Source of the DNA: an uncultured Planctomycetota bacterium
Lineage (GTDB): Bacteria > Planctomycetota > Planctomycetia > Gemmatales > Gemmataceae
Assembly (NCBI GenBank): GCA_963849325.1
Contig: CAWKHF010000012.1
Location: 64,001 to 128,000, forward strand
Direction of reading: 5' to 3'
DNA length: 64,000 bases
This document shows positions 20,497 through 31,899 of the stretch, piece after piece; position 1 is the stretch's first letter, and every line of letters begins with the position of its first letter. A model generated the notes under the pieces. The model made no database searches and was not told where the DNA came from. It saw only the letters and a program-made list of their open reading frames with translations. The position numbers and the translations under genes were made by a program.

Positions 20497-20642
20497 CACG
20501 TTCTCCTTTGAAAAACCCCGGTACGCTCTTATTCCAGAGCGTTTGTCGCTCTTTGCAGCATTATAAGAGCAATGGGATCGAAAAAACAAGGCGCAAGGCC
20601 GTGAAAAATCGAGGCGCAAGACCTTGACAGATAAAGACTTAC

Positions 20643-20670
20643 TGGTAAAATGCTTATAAGCATTTTACCA
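20643..20670. promoter_or_regulatory. Perfect 28-bp palindrome in an AT-rich intergenic region
   Basis: tggtaaaatgctta|taagcattttacca is its own reverse complement. Confidence 0.7.
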
Positions 20671-21079
20671 TTGGTCTTATCCCCAATTGCAGATGTGAAA
20701 TACTTCAAACAACGACTTATTACACCGGCATATAAGCTCCCCACATATTGGCACTTTCAATTGGCCTATTTCTTATCTTTGGCTATTTCAATTAGTGACG
20801 ATCTTACATTCCGGAGTAATAGCAGGAAACAATGAGAGCGGCCCTTACAACGCTTTGGGATAGCGGAATTTATGTGTATAGTCAGAAAAAAACCAGGGCG
20901 AAAGGCATGAACTTTCGGAGCAACATTCGACTGAATCGGACTTTACACTCGGTAATCCGTGCCAGTGGCGCCGGCTGTCCGATAAGCTACTTTCGAGCAC
21001 ATCGTTCCATTCGTTCCGGACATCTTTCCTCTTTGAGATCTTTTTTTTCTGCTTCTGCCACGCCTAATCCTCACCCGCC

Positions 21080-23586
21080 CTACCGCGCTCCGCTCGTCAA
21101 TCCCGGCCCTGAGCGGCGCAGGCCATCGCTCAACCGCAGTACGAGGTACGCTCCACAGACGATCAGCACCACTCTCACCCACTGTCCGAGTGTCAACGGC
21201 GTCAGCGCGAAAAAATTGCCGACCGGCTGCCCATACAGCACTCCCAGGTAAACCAGCAATGTCGCCGCTGCTAACCAGGAGAAGCGGCGATCCCCCATCG
21301 AGGGCCGCGCTTCGCCATCGCCCAGGGCGCGCAGCAGTGTCGTCAGGCCCAGCAGAACGAGCAGCGACAACAGCAACGTCCGCTGGGTTGGCTCGTCGTC
21401 GTGCCAAACGCGGTTGGACAGTCCCAGCACGAGCAATCCGGCCGAGCCGATGACGATGCCGGTGCGGAGAGCGAAGACACCGACCTCGCGCAGGAAGTGC
21501 GGGGCCGACTCCGCTGGTGTGCGCTGGCGGCTGAGCATGATGAGGAACGCGGGCACGCCGATGGTAAGGAAGTTCAAGAGCGTCACCTGTCGCGGCAGAT
21601 AGGGAAACGGCAGGCCGAACACGCCGAGAGCGCCGACGATGAGGACCACCGTGAAGACGTTCTTGACGAGGAACAGCTTACCGGCGCGCGCAGGTTGCGG
21701 AGGATGATGCGGCCTTCCGCCAACGTCTCGGGCAGCAGGTCGAAGTTGTTGTTCTCCAGGACGATGCTGGAGACGGTCTTGCTGGCGGCGGCGCCGTCGC
21801 CCATGGCGATGCCGAGATGGGCATTCTTGATCGGCAGGACATCGTTGACGCCGTCGCCGATCATGGCGACGTGCCGCCCCTGTTTTTTCAGGGCGGCAAT
21901 GATCTCGACCTTCTGCCGCGGCGAGACGCGGCCGAAGACGCAGCGCGTGCGAATCAACTCGGCCGGGTCGGCCGCCGCCTGCAAGTCCGCCCCGGACACC
22001 ACCGGCGTCTCGGTCAGCGCCTGGACGGCGGTCGCATTCGTGCCGGCGGCCAGGGGGATGAGGATCGCTCGTACCGTGTCGGCGTGATCGCCGGAGAGGA
22101 TGCGGAAGCGAATGCCCTGGCTCGCCAACTCTTCCAGGACACGACTCGCTTCCGGCCGCAACTCGTCGCTCAGGGCGACCAGCGCCAGAGGCCGCAAAAC
22201 AAAGCCCTCCAGGGAGCCGGCGAATTTACGCTCGGGGCTGTTCTCGCTCTCGGCGAACAGCAGCACGCGCAACCCCGTGGCGAGCAAATCGCGCCATTCC
22301 GCTTCCCATCTGTCGCTATCCGAGCCGCGACCGTAAGGGAGCGGGGCGTTCTCCGCTCCCTCACGGTCGCGGCTCGGACAACGGAGGAAGGGGCGCAGCG
22401 CCTCACAGGCTCCCAGGACGAGAACGTGCTCCGCCGATCCTGAACGCACTCGGACGGCGCTGAAACGATTTTGCGACTTAAAAGGCAGTTGATCGAGCAA
22501 TTCGGCCGAGGTTTCGCCCAGGGCGGCGCAGAGCGGCGAGACCCTTACCGGCGCGATCCAGCGACGCCGAGGCGAACAGCCGCAGCCGTTCGCGGATCGC
22601 CTCTTCCGGCATCGTCTCGTCCACGACACGGATTTTTTCCAGGTGCTGCCGGTTCGTGGTCAGAGTGCCGGTCTTGTCCAGGCACAGCGTATCGATGGCG
22701 GCCATCGCCTCGACGGCGCTCAGGCGATGCACCAGGGCGCCGCGCCGGCTCATGCGCACGGCTCCCAGCACGAAGGCCAGAGTCGCCATCAGCACCAGTC
22801 CTTGCGGCACCATCGACGTGATCGTGGCCGCGATCATGGCGACGAGATCGGTCGCCGTGATGTCGCCCAGGGCGTACAGCACAGCGTAGCCGCCGCACAG
22901 GACGACGGCCGCGACGGTCAGAATGCGGAGAAGGCGATTGATGCTGTCCTGGATCGGGCTGGCGGTGTAACGATAGGAGCGTGCCTCGTGGGCGGTGCGC
23001 TGGGCGAACGAGGCAGCACCGACGCGCTCGGCGCGATAGACGCCTTCGCCGGCCACGCAGAAGCTACCCGACAGCAGCGGCTCGCCCGGCCGGCGCGGCA
23101 CCGGGTCCGACTCGCCGGTCAACAGCGCCTCGTCCACTTCGAGAAAGCGCGCTCGAGCACGGGGCCGTCGGCAACCACCGCATCGCCGGCCGCCAGCAGG
23201 AGTACGTCCTCCGCAACCACATCGCCGGCCGGCACTTCTCGGCTCTGGCCGTCGCGCACCACGCGGACGCGCGTCTCGGCCAGGAGGGTGAGTCGATCCA
23301 GGTGGCGCTTGGCGCGAACTTCCTGGGCCAGTCCGAGGACCATGTTGGTCAGGGCCATGCCGCTGACGGCCAGGGCGTCGCGATATTCGCCGAGCGCGAA
23401 GAGGGCCAGCGCGGCCGGCACGACGAGAGCGTTGAACAGGGTCAGGGTGTTGCGGGCAACGATGTCGAGGTATTCGGCGCGATTGGAGCGACGCACCCGG
23501 TTGACCTCGCCGCGCGCGACGCGCGCGGCGACCTCGGTGGACGTCAGGCCGGTAAGGTGAGTTTCCGTCCGGGTACACTGGCTCAT
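21080..23586 (-). CDS. P-type (HAD-IC) cation-transporting ATPase, CtpE-like (frameshifted)
   Basis: VDEALLTGES, VPQGL, phosphorylation motif DKTGTLT, SGDH, FGRVSP, MIGDGVND. Confidence 0.92.
22319..22378. repeat. Family A REP inserted in-frame inside the P-type ATPase
   Basis: 60-bp palindrome read as PSRDREGAENAPLPYGRGSD within ORF 21583..22629. Confidence 0.85.
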
Positions 23587-23601
23587 CCGCGGCTCTGATT
23601 T

Positions 23602-23676
23602 TCTTCGTTTCGCCGCGACGCGCAGCGGAGCGCGGGAATAACCCGAGCTCCGCTGCGCGTCGCGGCGAAACGAAGA
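23602..23676. repeat. REP-like palindrome, family C
   Basis: cgtttcgccgcgacgcgcagcggagc...gctccgctgcgcgtcgcggcgaaacg; copies at 53839, 57324 and 61809. Confidence 0.9.
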
Positions 23677-23683
23677 CGCGCCC

Positions 23684-26600
23684 TTAGCGTTGATAAGCAT
23701 CCAGCCATTGCAGGTAATGCTGCGACAGGCTCCGGGCCGCGCTCTGCTGCGTGGGCAACTGTTGTAATATCTGCAGTTCCCCCGGCGAGAGCGGGACGTT
23801 CAGCCGATCCATCTCCGGTATCCAGCGCTCGGGGGGTACGACCAGATCGAGCACGGTCTGAAAGTGCTGGCGGGCCTCGACGCAGTGGCCGGCTTCCAGG
23901 GCCAGGACGCCGCGCTGCAAGTACCATTCGGCGCGCTGCTGGGCCTCCAGCAAACCGCCCTCGACCGCCTCCAGGCCCCAGCGGCGGGCCCAAAAGCCCG
24001 AGGGTATCCAGTAGCCGGGCGCGATCTCCGGAAACGGCGAGGGCAGACGCGGCACGCCCGTCACGTACAGTCCTTCCGCCAGCAGCACCCGGCCCACGCG
24101 CTCGCCGATCCGGGCGCGGCTGTCACGCGACATCCGGCCGGAAGGGTCTTTCCAGGCATGGTTCAGCGCATCGAGCAGGTGCCGGTCGGCGTCCTGGTAA
24201 TCGCCCCGGGCCGCCGCCAGACGCACGTGGTAACTCAGGTAATACGGCGGGACCGGCTTCTCGGTATCGTCCGGCTCGGGCACGAGCAGGTCGCGCGCCT
24301 TGTCCAGCCGGCCGAGGTCGAGGAACAGGCCCATCATCTGCGTCACCATCGACAGGTTTTTCAGACCACTCAGCTCCGCGGGGGCCGCCTGGTCCAGCGT
24401 GTTGAGGGCCGTTTCCACCAGACCGCGGTCCAGGGCGATCCGCACCCTTTCCAGCACCGGCTTGTTGGCGGCCGTCACCTCGTACTGGTCCAGCCGCCGC
24501 CGAACCTCGTCGTCCAACGGCGTCAGATCGCGGGAGAGGGCGTCGAGTCGCTGGGCCTGTTGGGCGGGCGCCTCGCCCGGCAGCGGACCCGCTTCCTTGA
24601 GGCTGTTCAGCTGCTCGCGGCGGTGGTGCAGGGCAACGTCCAGGTAGCGAAGCTGCCGAAACACGTTGAACAACGCCTCGTGCGCTTGCGCCGCGCTCCG
24701 GGGGTTTGGCCTCCAGCGCAGACACTCCTGGTAGGCGGCCGTCAGTTGCGTCCGGCGGATCTCCTCCAGCTGCGCCGACGATCGGGTCAAGGTCCCTTCC
24801 CGTGTCGCCGCGAGCAGACGGTTGTACGCCGACCCGAGCCGCAGATACGTCTCGGCATCCTCCGGGTTGTCCCCCAGGGCGCGTTGCGCGGCCCGGAGGG
24901 CCAGGTAGAGCGATTCGGGCGGGCCGGCGTCCTGGCCCTCAAGGAAGATTTTCCGCGCCGTCAGGGCCGCCGTGTCCCGCTCCTCGCGCGGCCGCAGGGG
25001 TCGCGACCCTCCCGGCGGCATGAGGTCGGCGTAGGTCTGACTCCAGCCCACGTTGACGAGGGACAGGACGTTCGGGACCGGACCCTGCGGCAGAGCGTTG
25101 CCGATGGTGCCGGCGGCGACCGCCCACTGCCAGGCCCGCGAGTGGACGGCGACGAGGTACGACTGTTGAGCCATGAAACGGAGTTCGTGCAGTGCGGCCT
25201 CCTCTCGATCCGGCGAGGACGGCGGATGGGGCCGCCACCAGGCATCCCACCACTCGCGCGGCGGGAGCGTGGTCTCCGGTCCCTTCGACGGCGCTTGCTT
25301 CGCCTGGGGACCGAAAGCCACCCGCTTCAGGTCGAGCCGGCCGGGGGAGGCTTTCGGCATCCCCGTCGCGGCGGCGTCGTTCCAGGCTAAGATGGCGATT
25401 CGGCCGTGCAGGGAGCACAACTGCCATTCCTCGGGACCGCCAAGCAGCACCCAGCCGGCGACCAGGTCGGCCTTCTGCGCATTGATGTGATCGAAGATCC
25501 AGAAATGCACTTTGTGCCGGCGGAGGATGTTCCGCCAATCCTTGTCCGGGTCTCGCGGCTCGTCCATCGTCCCTTCCGCGGCGTTTTCGTCGGGGACCAT
25601 GCGGCTCTAGGCTTTCGCGGATGGCCAGATAGTCGCCGGTCGCCTCCGGGAACTTCGTCACGCGCTGGTCGAAGAAGGCCCGTTCGCCGGGGGCGAACCA
25701 GGCGAGGTAGTTGGCGATTTCCGGATGGAGATTGAACCAGCGGACATCGGCGGAGAGCCGTCCGGCGTCGCGCCAGGCCTTGATCTGCAGGGCGGCCTGT
25801 TCCAGCGAGGGATCGGCGACCACGCGCCAGCCGATGCGAAACCGCTCGTGCGGCCGAGCGTGCAGCCAGCCGGGCACCGCCGCCGCCAGCAGGGCCAGGG
25901 CCAGCAGCACGGTCAGGAGTCGGCCGCCCAGCGACCACGCCCGCCACGCTTGGCCCGGACGCGGCGAACGGCCCAGTCGCCAGGCGGCGAAATCCAGATA
26001 ATTCAGAGCGGTTATCGGCCCAGCCACGACCGCGAAGAAGGGAATGGTTCGCAGCGTTGTAGAAGCTCAGCAGGGCGAACCCTAGCCAGACCGGCAGCCG
26101 CCATCCCGGTACTCGACCGAACATCAGCACGAACGAGAGCAAGCCCAGCACCAGCAGCGGCAGGTAGGCCAACCCCGCCACGCTCAGGCCAAGGTAGCGG
26201 ATCGTAATAGGTCTTGCTTAGCGGCGACAGCGACAGGAAGCGGTACTGTATATCGTGCTGGACCAGACCGTCGGCCGGCGACAGGGCCGAATTCCGGCGG
26301 CAGCGTGAAAGCATGAAAGTGATGTGGGTTGACCAGGCACGCCGCCAGGCCCACGGCCAGCACCAGTCCCAGCGCGATCAATTCGCGTCGCCGGTCCTCG
26401 TCGCGCTTCGGCCCGGATCGGAAGAACCACGGTTCGAGCAGTGCTCCGGCCAGATACAGGGCCACGGTCAACGGCCCCAGGAAGAACCACTCATCGCAGT
26501 TGACCCACAGGACGAACAGCGGCGGGATCAGCCACCAGATCCGCTGTCCGCTGTCCGGGTGGATCGCGGATCGCGGATCGCGGACGGCGGTAAGCAGCCA

Positions 26601-27197
26601 CAGGGTCAGGCCGAGAAAGAGCAAGGACAGGCAGATCGGTTGCAGATACAGCCGGGGGCTGAGCGTGAGAAGGGCCAGCGCGGTGCAGGCGGCGGGTATC
26701 CACAGGCTTTGTCCGGCCCGCCGGCCGACGCGCAGCAGGACGCCGGCCAGCGCCGTCACCAGCAGCGCCTTGGCGATCACGACCGCGGCGCCGCCGAACC
26801 CCGGCAACTGGTACAGACCGTAGACCATCAGGGCGAACAGCCAGGAGTGATTGACCCAGTACGCTCCGCCGCTGCTGAACGTGAAGGGATCGACGCCGAA
26901 GTGATAGTTGCCCTCGGCCAGCAGGCGGCCGGTGGCGAGTTGGCGGAAGAAATCGGGATTGGCCGCTGGAAACGAAGCGACCAGGAAGGCGAACGCCAGG
27001 ACGAGGAGACGAGGACGCACGTCGAGCCCGCCGAGTATCCGGGTGAGCTGCTCCACCGACATCGCCGGCGGCTGCGGCAACGGCGGCAGAGGAATGGACG
27101 CATTGGCCGCCGTCTCGGGCGGCGCCTGTATGCCAGTCGCCGGCGCCGGTGCGTCGCCGCCCGGAGACGACGATTCAGGATGATCGGAAGGTGCCAT
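23684..27197 (-). CDS. Large polytopic membrane protein with C-terminal TPR-like repeats (frameshifted)
   Basis: N-terminal DFFRQLATGRL...DPFTFS...WVNHSWLF and many TM segments (GT-C-like layout); C-terminal helical repeats (NPEDAETYLRLG, AEWYLQRGVLALEAG). Stitched from four ORFs. Confidence 0.7.
26540..26584. repeat. Inverted heptamer mini-array inside a CDS
   Basis: (tccgctg)2 tccg ... (ggatcgc)3 gga. Confidence 0.55.
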
Positions 27198-27357
27198 GCT
27201 CGTAGCTCTCGTAGGTCGAGCCAATCCGCAGAAGATGGTGAGGATCGTCCTTCAACGGTAGAGGGTCCCGGTGTCGCGGTCAAGCCGCTTGCGGCGAAGA
27301 TGAATCGACGCTGAGCGCGCGTCGTCTAGTCAGACGGCGAGCGCGGTCGCCATTCGA

Positions 27358-27414
27358 TCGGAGCCTGAAGCGTAAGCGAAGTGGAATACTCTTCGCTTAC
27401 GCTTCAGGCTCCGA
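27358..27414. repeat. REP-like palindrome, family B
   Basis: tcggagcctgaagcgtaagcgaag...cttcgcttacgcttcaggctccga. Confidence 0.9.
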
Positions 27415-27537
27415 GAGAATGGCGACCGCGCTCACCAGGGACTGCTCTGTTCCCCCGCGGGCCGCTTGGCCTAAAATGGAGTCAAGCGTTGGTATCGCCG
27501 CTCGCGTGTTCTCTCCGCGTTGCGAAGGAGACTGCTG

Positions 27538-29220
27538 ATGTCCCTGCCTCCGGATTCGCCCAATCCCTCTCGCTCGGCCTCGCTGGCACGATGGTGGCTT
27601 CTCGCCGTGGGTGTGCCGCTGACCGCCCTGCTGGTCTGGTATGTCTTCCAGCGCGGCGCCGGCGGGCCGGAGCAACCCGTCGCGGCCAGGGAACCCGCGG
27701 CCAAGGACACCCCCGAAGAACAGCGCAAGGACAAACGCGATGACAGCCGCGACGCTCCCGAACTGGACGGCGGCGTCGCCTGGCTGAACACGGCCGGACC
27801 TCTCCGCCTCAAGGACCTGCGCGGCAAGATCGTCCTGCTCGACTTCTGGACGCTCTGCTGCATCAACTGCATGCACGTGCTGCCCGACCTCGCCAAGCTC
27901 GAAAAGAAGTACCCCAACGAACTGGTCGTCATCGGCGTCCACACGGCCAAGTTCGACAACGAAAAGAACACCGAGAGCATCCGCAAAGCCATCCTGCGCT
28001 ACGAGGTCAGCCATCCCGTCGTCAACGACGCCGACATGCGCATCTGGCGCACCTACGGCTCCAACTCGTGGCCGACGCTGTGCCTGATCGACCCGGAGGG
28101 CACGTCGTCGGCGCCGCCGCCGGCGAGGGCAATTACGAGCTGCTCGACCGCGTCATCTCCCGGCTCATCAAGATCCACAAGGACAAGAAGACGCTCAACG
28201 AGAAGCCGTTGAAGTTCCAGCTGGCCCGCAGCCAGGAGACGGGCGACAGCCCGCTGTTCTTCCCCGGCAAGGTGCTGGCCGACGCCGCGAGCAAGCGTCT
28301 CTTCATCGCCGACAGCACGCACCACCGTATTGTCATTACGGACCTCGACGGCAAGAAGATCGCCGTCGCCGGCATCGGCGAGCCGGGCAAGACCGACGGT
28401 CCCTTCGACAAGGCCAGCTTCAACGATCCGCAGGGCCTGGCCCTCAAGGGCGACATCCTCTACGTCGCCGACCGCAAGAACCACCTGATCCGCACTCTCG
28501 ACCTCAAGGCGCAGAACGGTCCAGACCGTGGCCGGCACCGGCGTGCAGGGGCAAGACCGCGAGTTCGGCGGCCCGGCGCGGAAGACCGGCCTCAACAGCC
28601 CGTGGGACCTGCTGCTGGCACAAGGACCGCCTGTTCATCGCCATGGCCGGCCACCATCAAATCTGGATGCTGGACCTGGCCAACGAACAAGGTCGCCCCC
28701 TACGCCGGCAGCGGCCGCGAGAACATCCGCGATGGCTCGCTCATCACCAGCTGCTTCGCCCAGCCCAGCGGCCTGACGACCGACGGCAAGACGCTGTGGG
28801 TGGCCGACAGCGAGGTCAGCGCCGTCCGCGCCGTGCCGCTGGAAGGCGACGAGCGAGGTCAAGACGGTGGTTGGCGAAGGTCTGTTCGAGTTCGGCGACG
28901 TGGACGGCGCGGGCAAGCAAGGTGCGTTTGCAGCACGCCCTCGGCGTTGCCTATCACGACGGCAAACTGTATGTGGCCGACACCTACAACAGCAAGATCA
29001 AGCTGCTCGATCCGGTGAAGCGAACGTGCACGACGTTCCTGGGCGGCGAGCCGGAGGGCTGGCTGGCGACCCGTTGTTCAGCGAGCCGGGCGGCATCTGC
29101 TACGCGGACGGCAAGCTGTACGTGGCCGACACCAACGCCCACCGCATCCGCGTCGTCGATCTGAAGACGAAGGCCGTGTCCACGCTGAAGCTGCAAGGCG
29201 TCGAGGCGCCGAAGCCCTAA
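27538..29220 (+). CDS. Membrane-anchored thioredoxin-like + NHL-repeat protein (NHLRC2/SOQ1-like; frameshifted)
   Basis: N-terminal [31 protein letters not shown] blades [56 protein letters not shown]. Confidence 0.9.
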
Positions 29221-29225
29221 TCTGT

Positions 29226-29284
29226 CGGAGCCGCGACCGTCAGGGAGCGGGGGAATCAACCGCTCCCTGACGGTCGCGGCTCGG
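29226..29284. repeat. REP-like palindrome, family A
   Basis: gagccgcgaccgtcagggagcgg...ccgctccctgacggtcgcggctc. Confidence 0.9.
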
Positions 29285-29313
29285 TTGGGTCCGCTCGCTC
29301 GAAGGTAGTGCTC

Positions 29314-31457
29314 ATGAATCTCCTGTCCCGTTCCTTCGCCTCTCGTCTGGTCCCCTTGGTCGTCACCTGCGCCGTCCTGCTGGGAGCGGATGCGGTTCAG
29401 GGAGCGGGACCATTCGAGAAAGGTCCATCTCCCCAGACCGCCAAGTTTATCGACTTCACCGTCGCCCTCGTGCCCGCCGATCCCTTCTCGGATGAGAACG
29501 CGGTGGACGCCAAGACTTCGGTCTTGCGTCGCGGCGAGGTCTTCACCCTCGTTATCGCGGGCACTCCCAAGCCGGGGTATCACACCTATCCGCTGACGGA
29601 GCGATCCTCCGATCCGGAGCAGAGCGAGAGCGGACTGAGCCAGTTGATTTATGGCAAGGACATGGCTGGCCTCCAGCCCTTGTGGCCGATTCAGGAAACG
29701 CCGCCTGCGGAGTTCGTGAAAGACAAACGCCCGCCCCACAGCGTTTTACTCGAACACGAGCACAGCTTCACCTGGACCCAGGACATCCTGGTGTCACCCG
29801 ACGCCAAGCCGGAACCGCACACCCTGTCCTTCACGATCAAGCTGCAAGTCTGCAACGAGAGCCAATGCGTGCCAGGCCAGCATCACTTCGAGATCCCATT
29901 CACCATCGCCGATACCTCGCCGGTCGCACAGACAGAGGAGTTGCAAAAACGGCGGGCTGCCTTGCCTCCCCCGATCATCATTCGACAGGTGCCGGAGGAT
30001 CTCAAGACCGCGAACGTCGCTCCATCGCCGTCCGCGCCTCCGCCGGCGGAGACAGCGGACACCAGCCTGCTCGGATTGTTGTTCACGACCATGGGCGCCG
30101 CCATCGCCATGCTGTTCACGCCCTGCGTCTTTCCGATGATCCCGATCACCGTCAGCTTCTTCCTCAAGCAGTCGGAGAAGAAGCATCACAATGCCATCGT
30201 CACGGCCACCGTCTATTCGGTGACGATCATCGTGGTACTGGCCCTGGCCGTGCTGATCCTCGGTAAGATCATCGTGGATCTGGCCAACAGTCCATGGATG
30301 AACCTCGCCCTGGGGCTGATGCTGGTGTTCTTCGCCCTGAGTCTGTTTGGCATGTACGAACTGGAACTGCCGCATTTCCTGTCGAGTTTCACCTCGGCCC
30401 GCGAAGGCAAGGGCGGCTACCTCGGCGCCTTCTTCATGGCGCTGACGTTTACCATCACGAGTTTTACCTGCACCGGGCCGTTCCTGGGGCCGCTCCTGGT
30501 GGCGACCAAGGAAATGCAGCTCAGCCTCGATCGGCTCATCCTCGCCGCCTTCGTCTATGCGGCGACCTTCGCGGCGCCGTTCTTCGTGCTGGCCCTCTTC
30601 CCTCGGCTGCTGCGGCGCTGCCCAAGAGCGGTGGCTGGCTCAACGGCGTCAAGGTCGTCATGGGCTTTCTGGAGTTGGCGATGGCCTTCAAATTCCTCGG
30701 CAACATGGACGCCAGCCTTCATCCGGGCAACCCGGTGCTGTTCACCTACGAGACCGTCTTCGCCACCTGGATCGCCCTGTCCGTGGCTTGCGGCCTGTAC
30801 CTGCTGGGCGTCTTTCGCCTACCGCACGACTCACCGATCGAGAGCATCGGCGTGCCGCGCTTCCTGCTGGCGACGCTGTTTCTGGGACTCGGTCTGTACA
30901 TGACGCCGGCCCTGTGGCACAAGACCCCGCAGGGCGTCCTGGGTCGCTTCCTCGTCTCCTTCGCCCCGCTGGATACCGAACCGGGCGGCCCGGAGGGACC
31001 AGCGGCCGGACCTCGGAAACTCGCGTGGCATCTCGACTATGACAAGGCTCGCGCGGAGGCCCTGAAGGAAAACAAGCTCCTCTTCATCGACTTCACGGGT
31101 GTGAATTGTCAAAATTGTCGGGCCAATGAAATCGGCGTCTTCCCCCGGCCCGCCGTCCAGGAAGAGCTGAAAAAGTTCGTCCGCGTGCAGCTCTACACGG
31201 ACATCGTTCCGAAACAAGGTCTGTCCAAGAATGCGGCCGAGGTCGAGGCGAAACGCAACAGCGAGTGGCAGGCGGAGACCTTCAAGAACGGCGCGACGCC
31301 GCTCTACGTCATCTTCAAGCCGGATCGAACGGCGCTCGAAGAAGAGGGCAAGCTCAAGGGCGTCGAACTGGGACGGCAGGCGGGTTATATCGAGGACGTG
31401 GCCGCCTTCGTGGATTGGCTCAAGAATGCGACGGGCCGGCAGGTGGCGGCCAACTGA
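29314..31457 (+). CDS. dsbD: DsbD-type thiol:disulfide interchange protein (frameshifted)
   Basis: N-domain QVCNESQC; TM domain FTPCVFPMIP and SFTCTGPFLG; C-terminal thioredoxin DFTGVNCQNCR. Confidence 0.88.
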
Positions 31458-31761
31458 TCGTCAGCGCCGAAAGCGCGTGTCGGGCGCATGTCGAACATTG
31501 TCCTCCTCGACCGCCGCGGCGCTGGCGCAGTTGCTCTTCTTCGCGCTCGCCCTCCACTTCCGCCGAGAAGGTCCGTCCCCACAAGACGTAATGCATCAGG
31601 GCGATGACCAGGATGGCGCCGCCGAACAGCACCACGTACAGGAAAAAGCCGCCGCTGATGAAGATGAGCACGAACAGGAAAAAACCCAGGGCCAGCACCG
31701 TGAGGAAGACGCTCAGGAAGGCGTGGCGGTGTTGCTGCGTCGGCGGGTAGTTGTGGGCCAT
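31420..31761 (-). CDS. Small two-TM hypothetical membrane protein
   Basis: RBS gaggag; two hydrophobic segments then HYVLWGR. The 3' end is uncertain. Confidence 0.65.
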   Translation of the reverse strand: MAHNYPPTQQHRHAFLSVFLTVLALGFFLFVLIFISGGFFLYVVLFGGAILVIALMHYVLWGRTFSAEVEGEREEEQLRQRRGGRGGQCSTCARHALSALTISWPPPAGPSHS

Positions 31762-31838
31762 GATCTCCTCGTGAGTTCGGCGCGGAAGGGCACACCCCTT
31801 TATAGCAGCGTCCTCTCGCCTCCGCCAGCAGTTCTCTT

Positions 31839-31892
31839 TCCGAGCCTGAAGCGTAAGCGAAGAGCACTCTTCGCTTACGCTTCAGGCTCGGA
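31839..31892. repeat. REP-like palindrome, family B
   Basis: tccgagcctgaagcgtaagcgaagag-ca-ctcttcgcttacgcttcaggctcgga. Confidence 0.9.
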
Positions 31893-31899
31893 GAGGCGC

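Noticed and set aside
20300..20700. AT-rich region as oriC (TTATCCCCA near 20677 and its complement near 20322)
   Set aside because: Only two mismatched DnaA-box-like 9-mers, one inside a CDS; no box cluster and no dnaA/dnaN context.
20650..21251. Short ORFs in the AT-rich tract (20650..20835, 20832..21251, 20529..20744)
   Set aside because: No convincing coding signal or motif; they overlap the palindrome or the ATPase 3' end.
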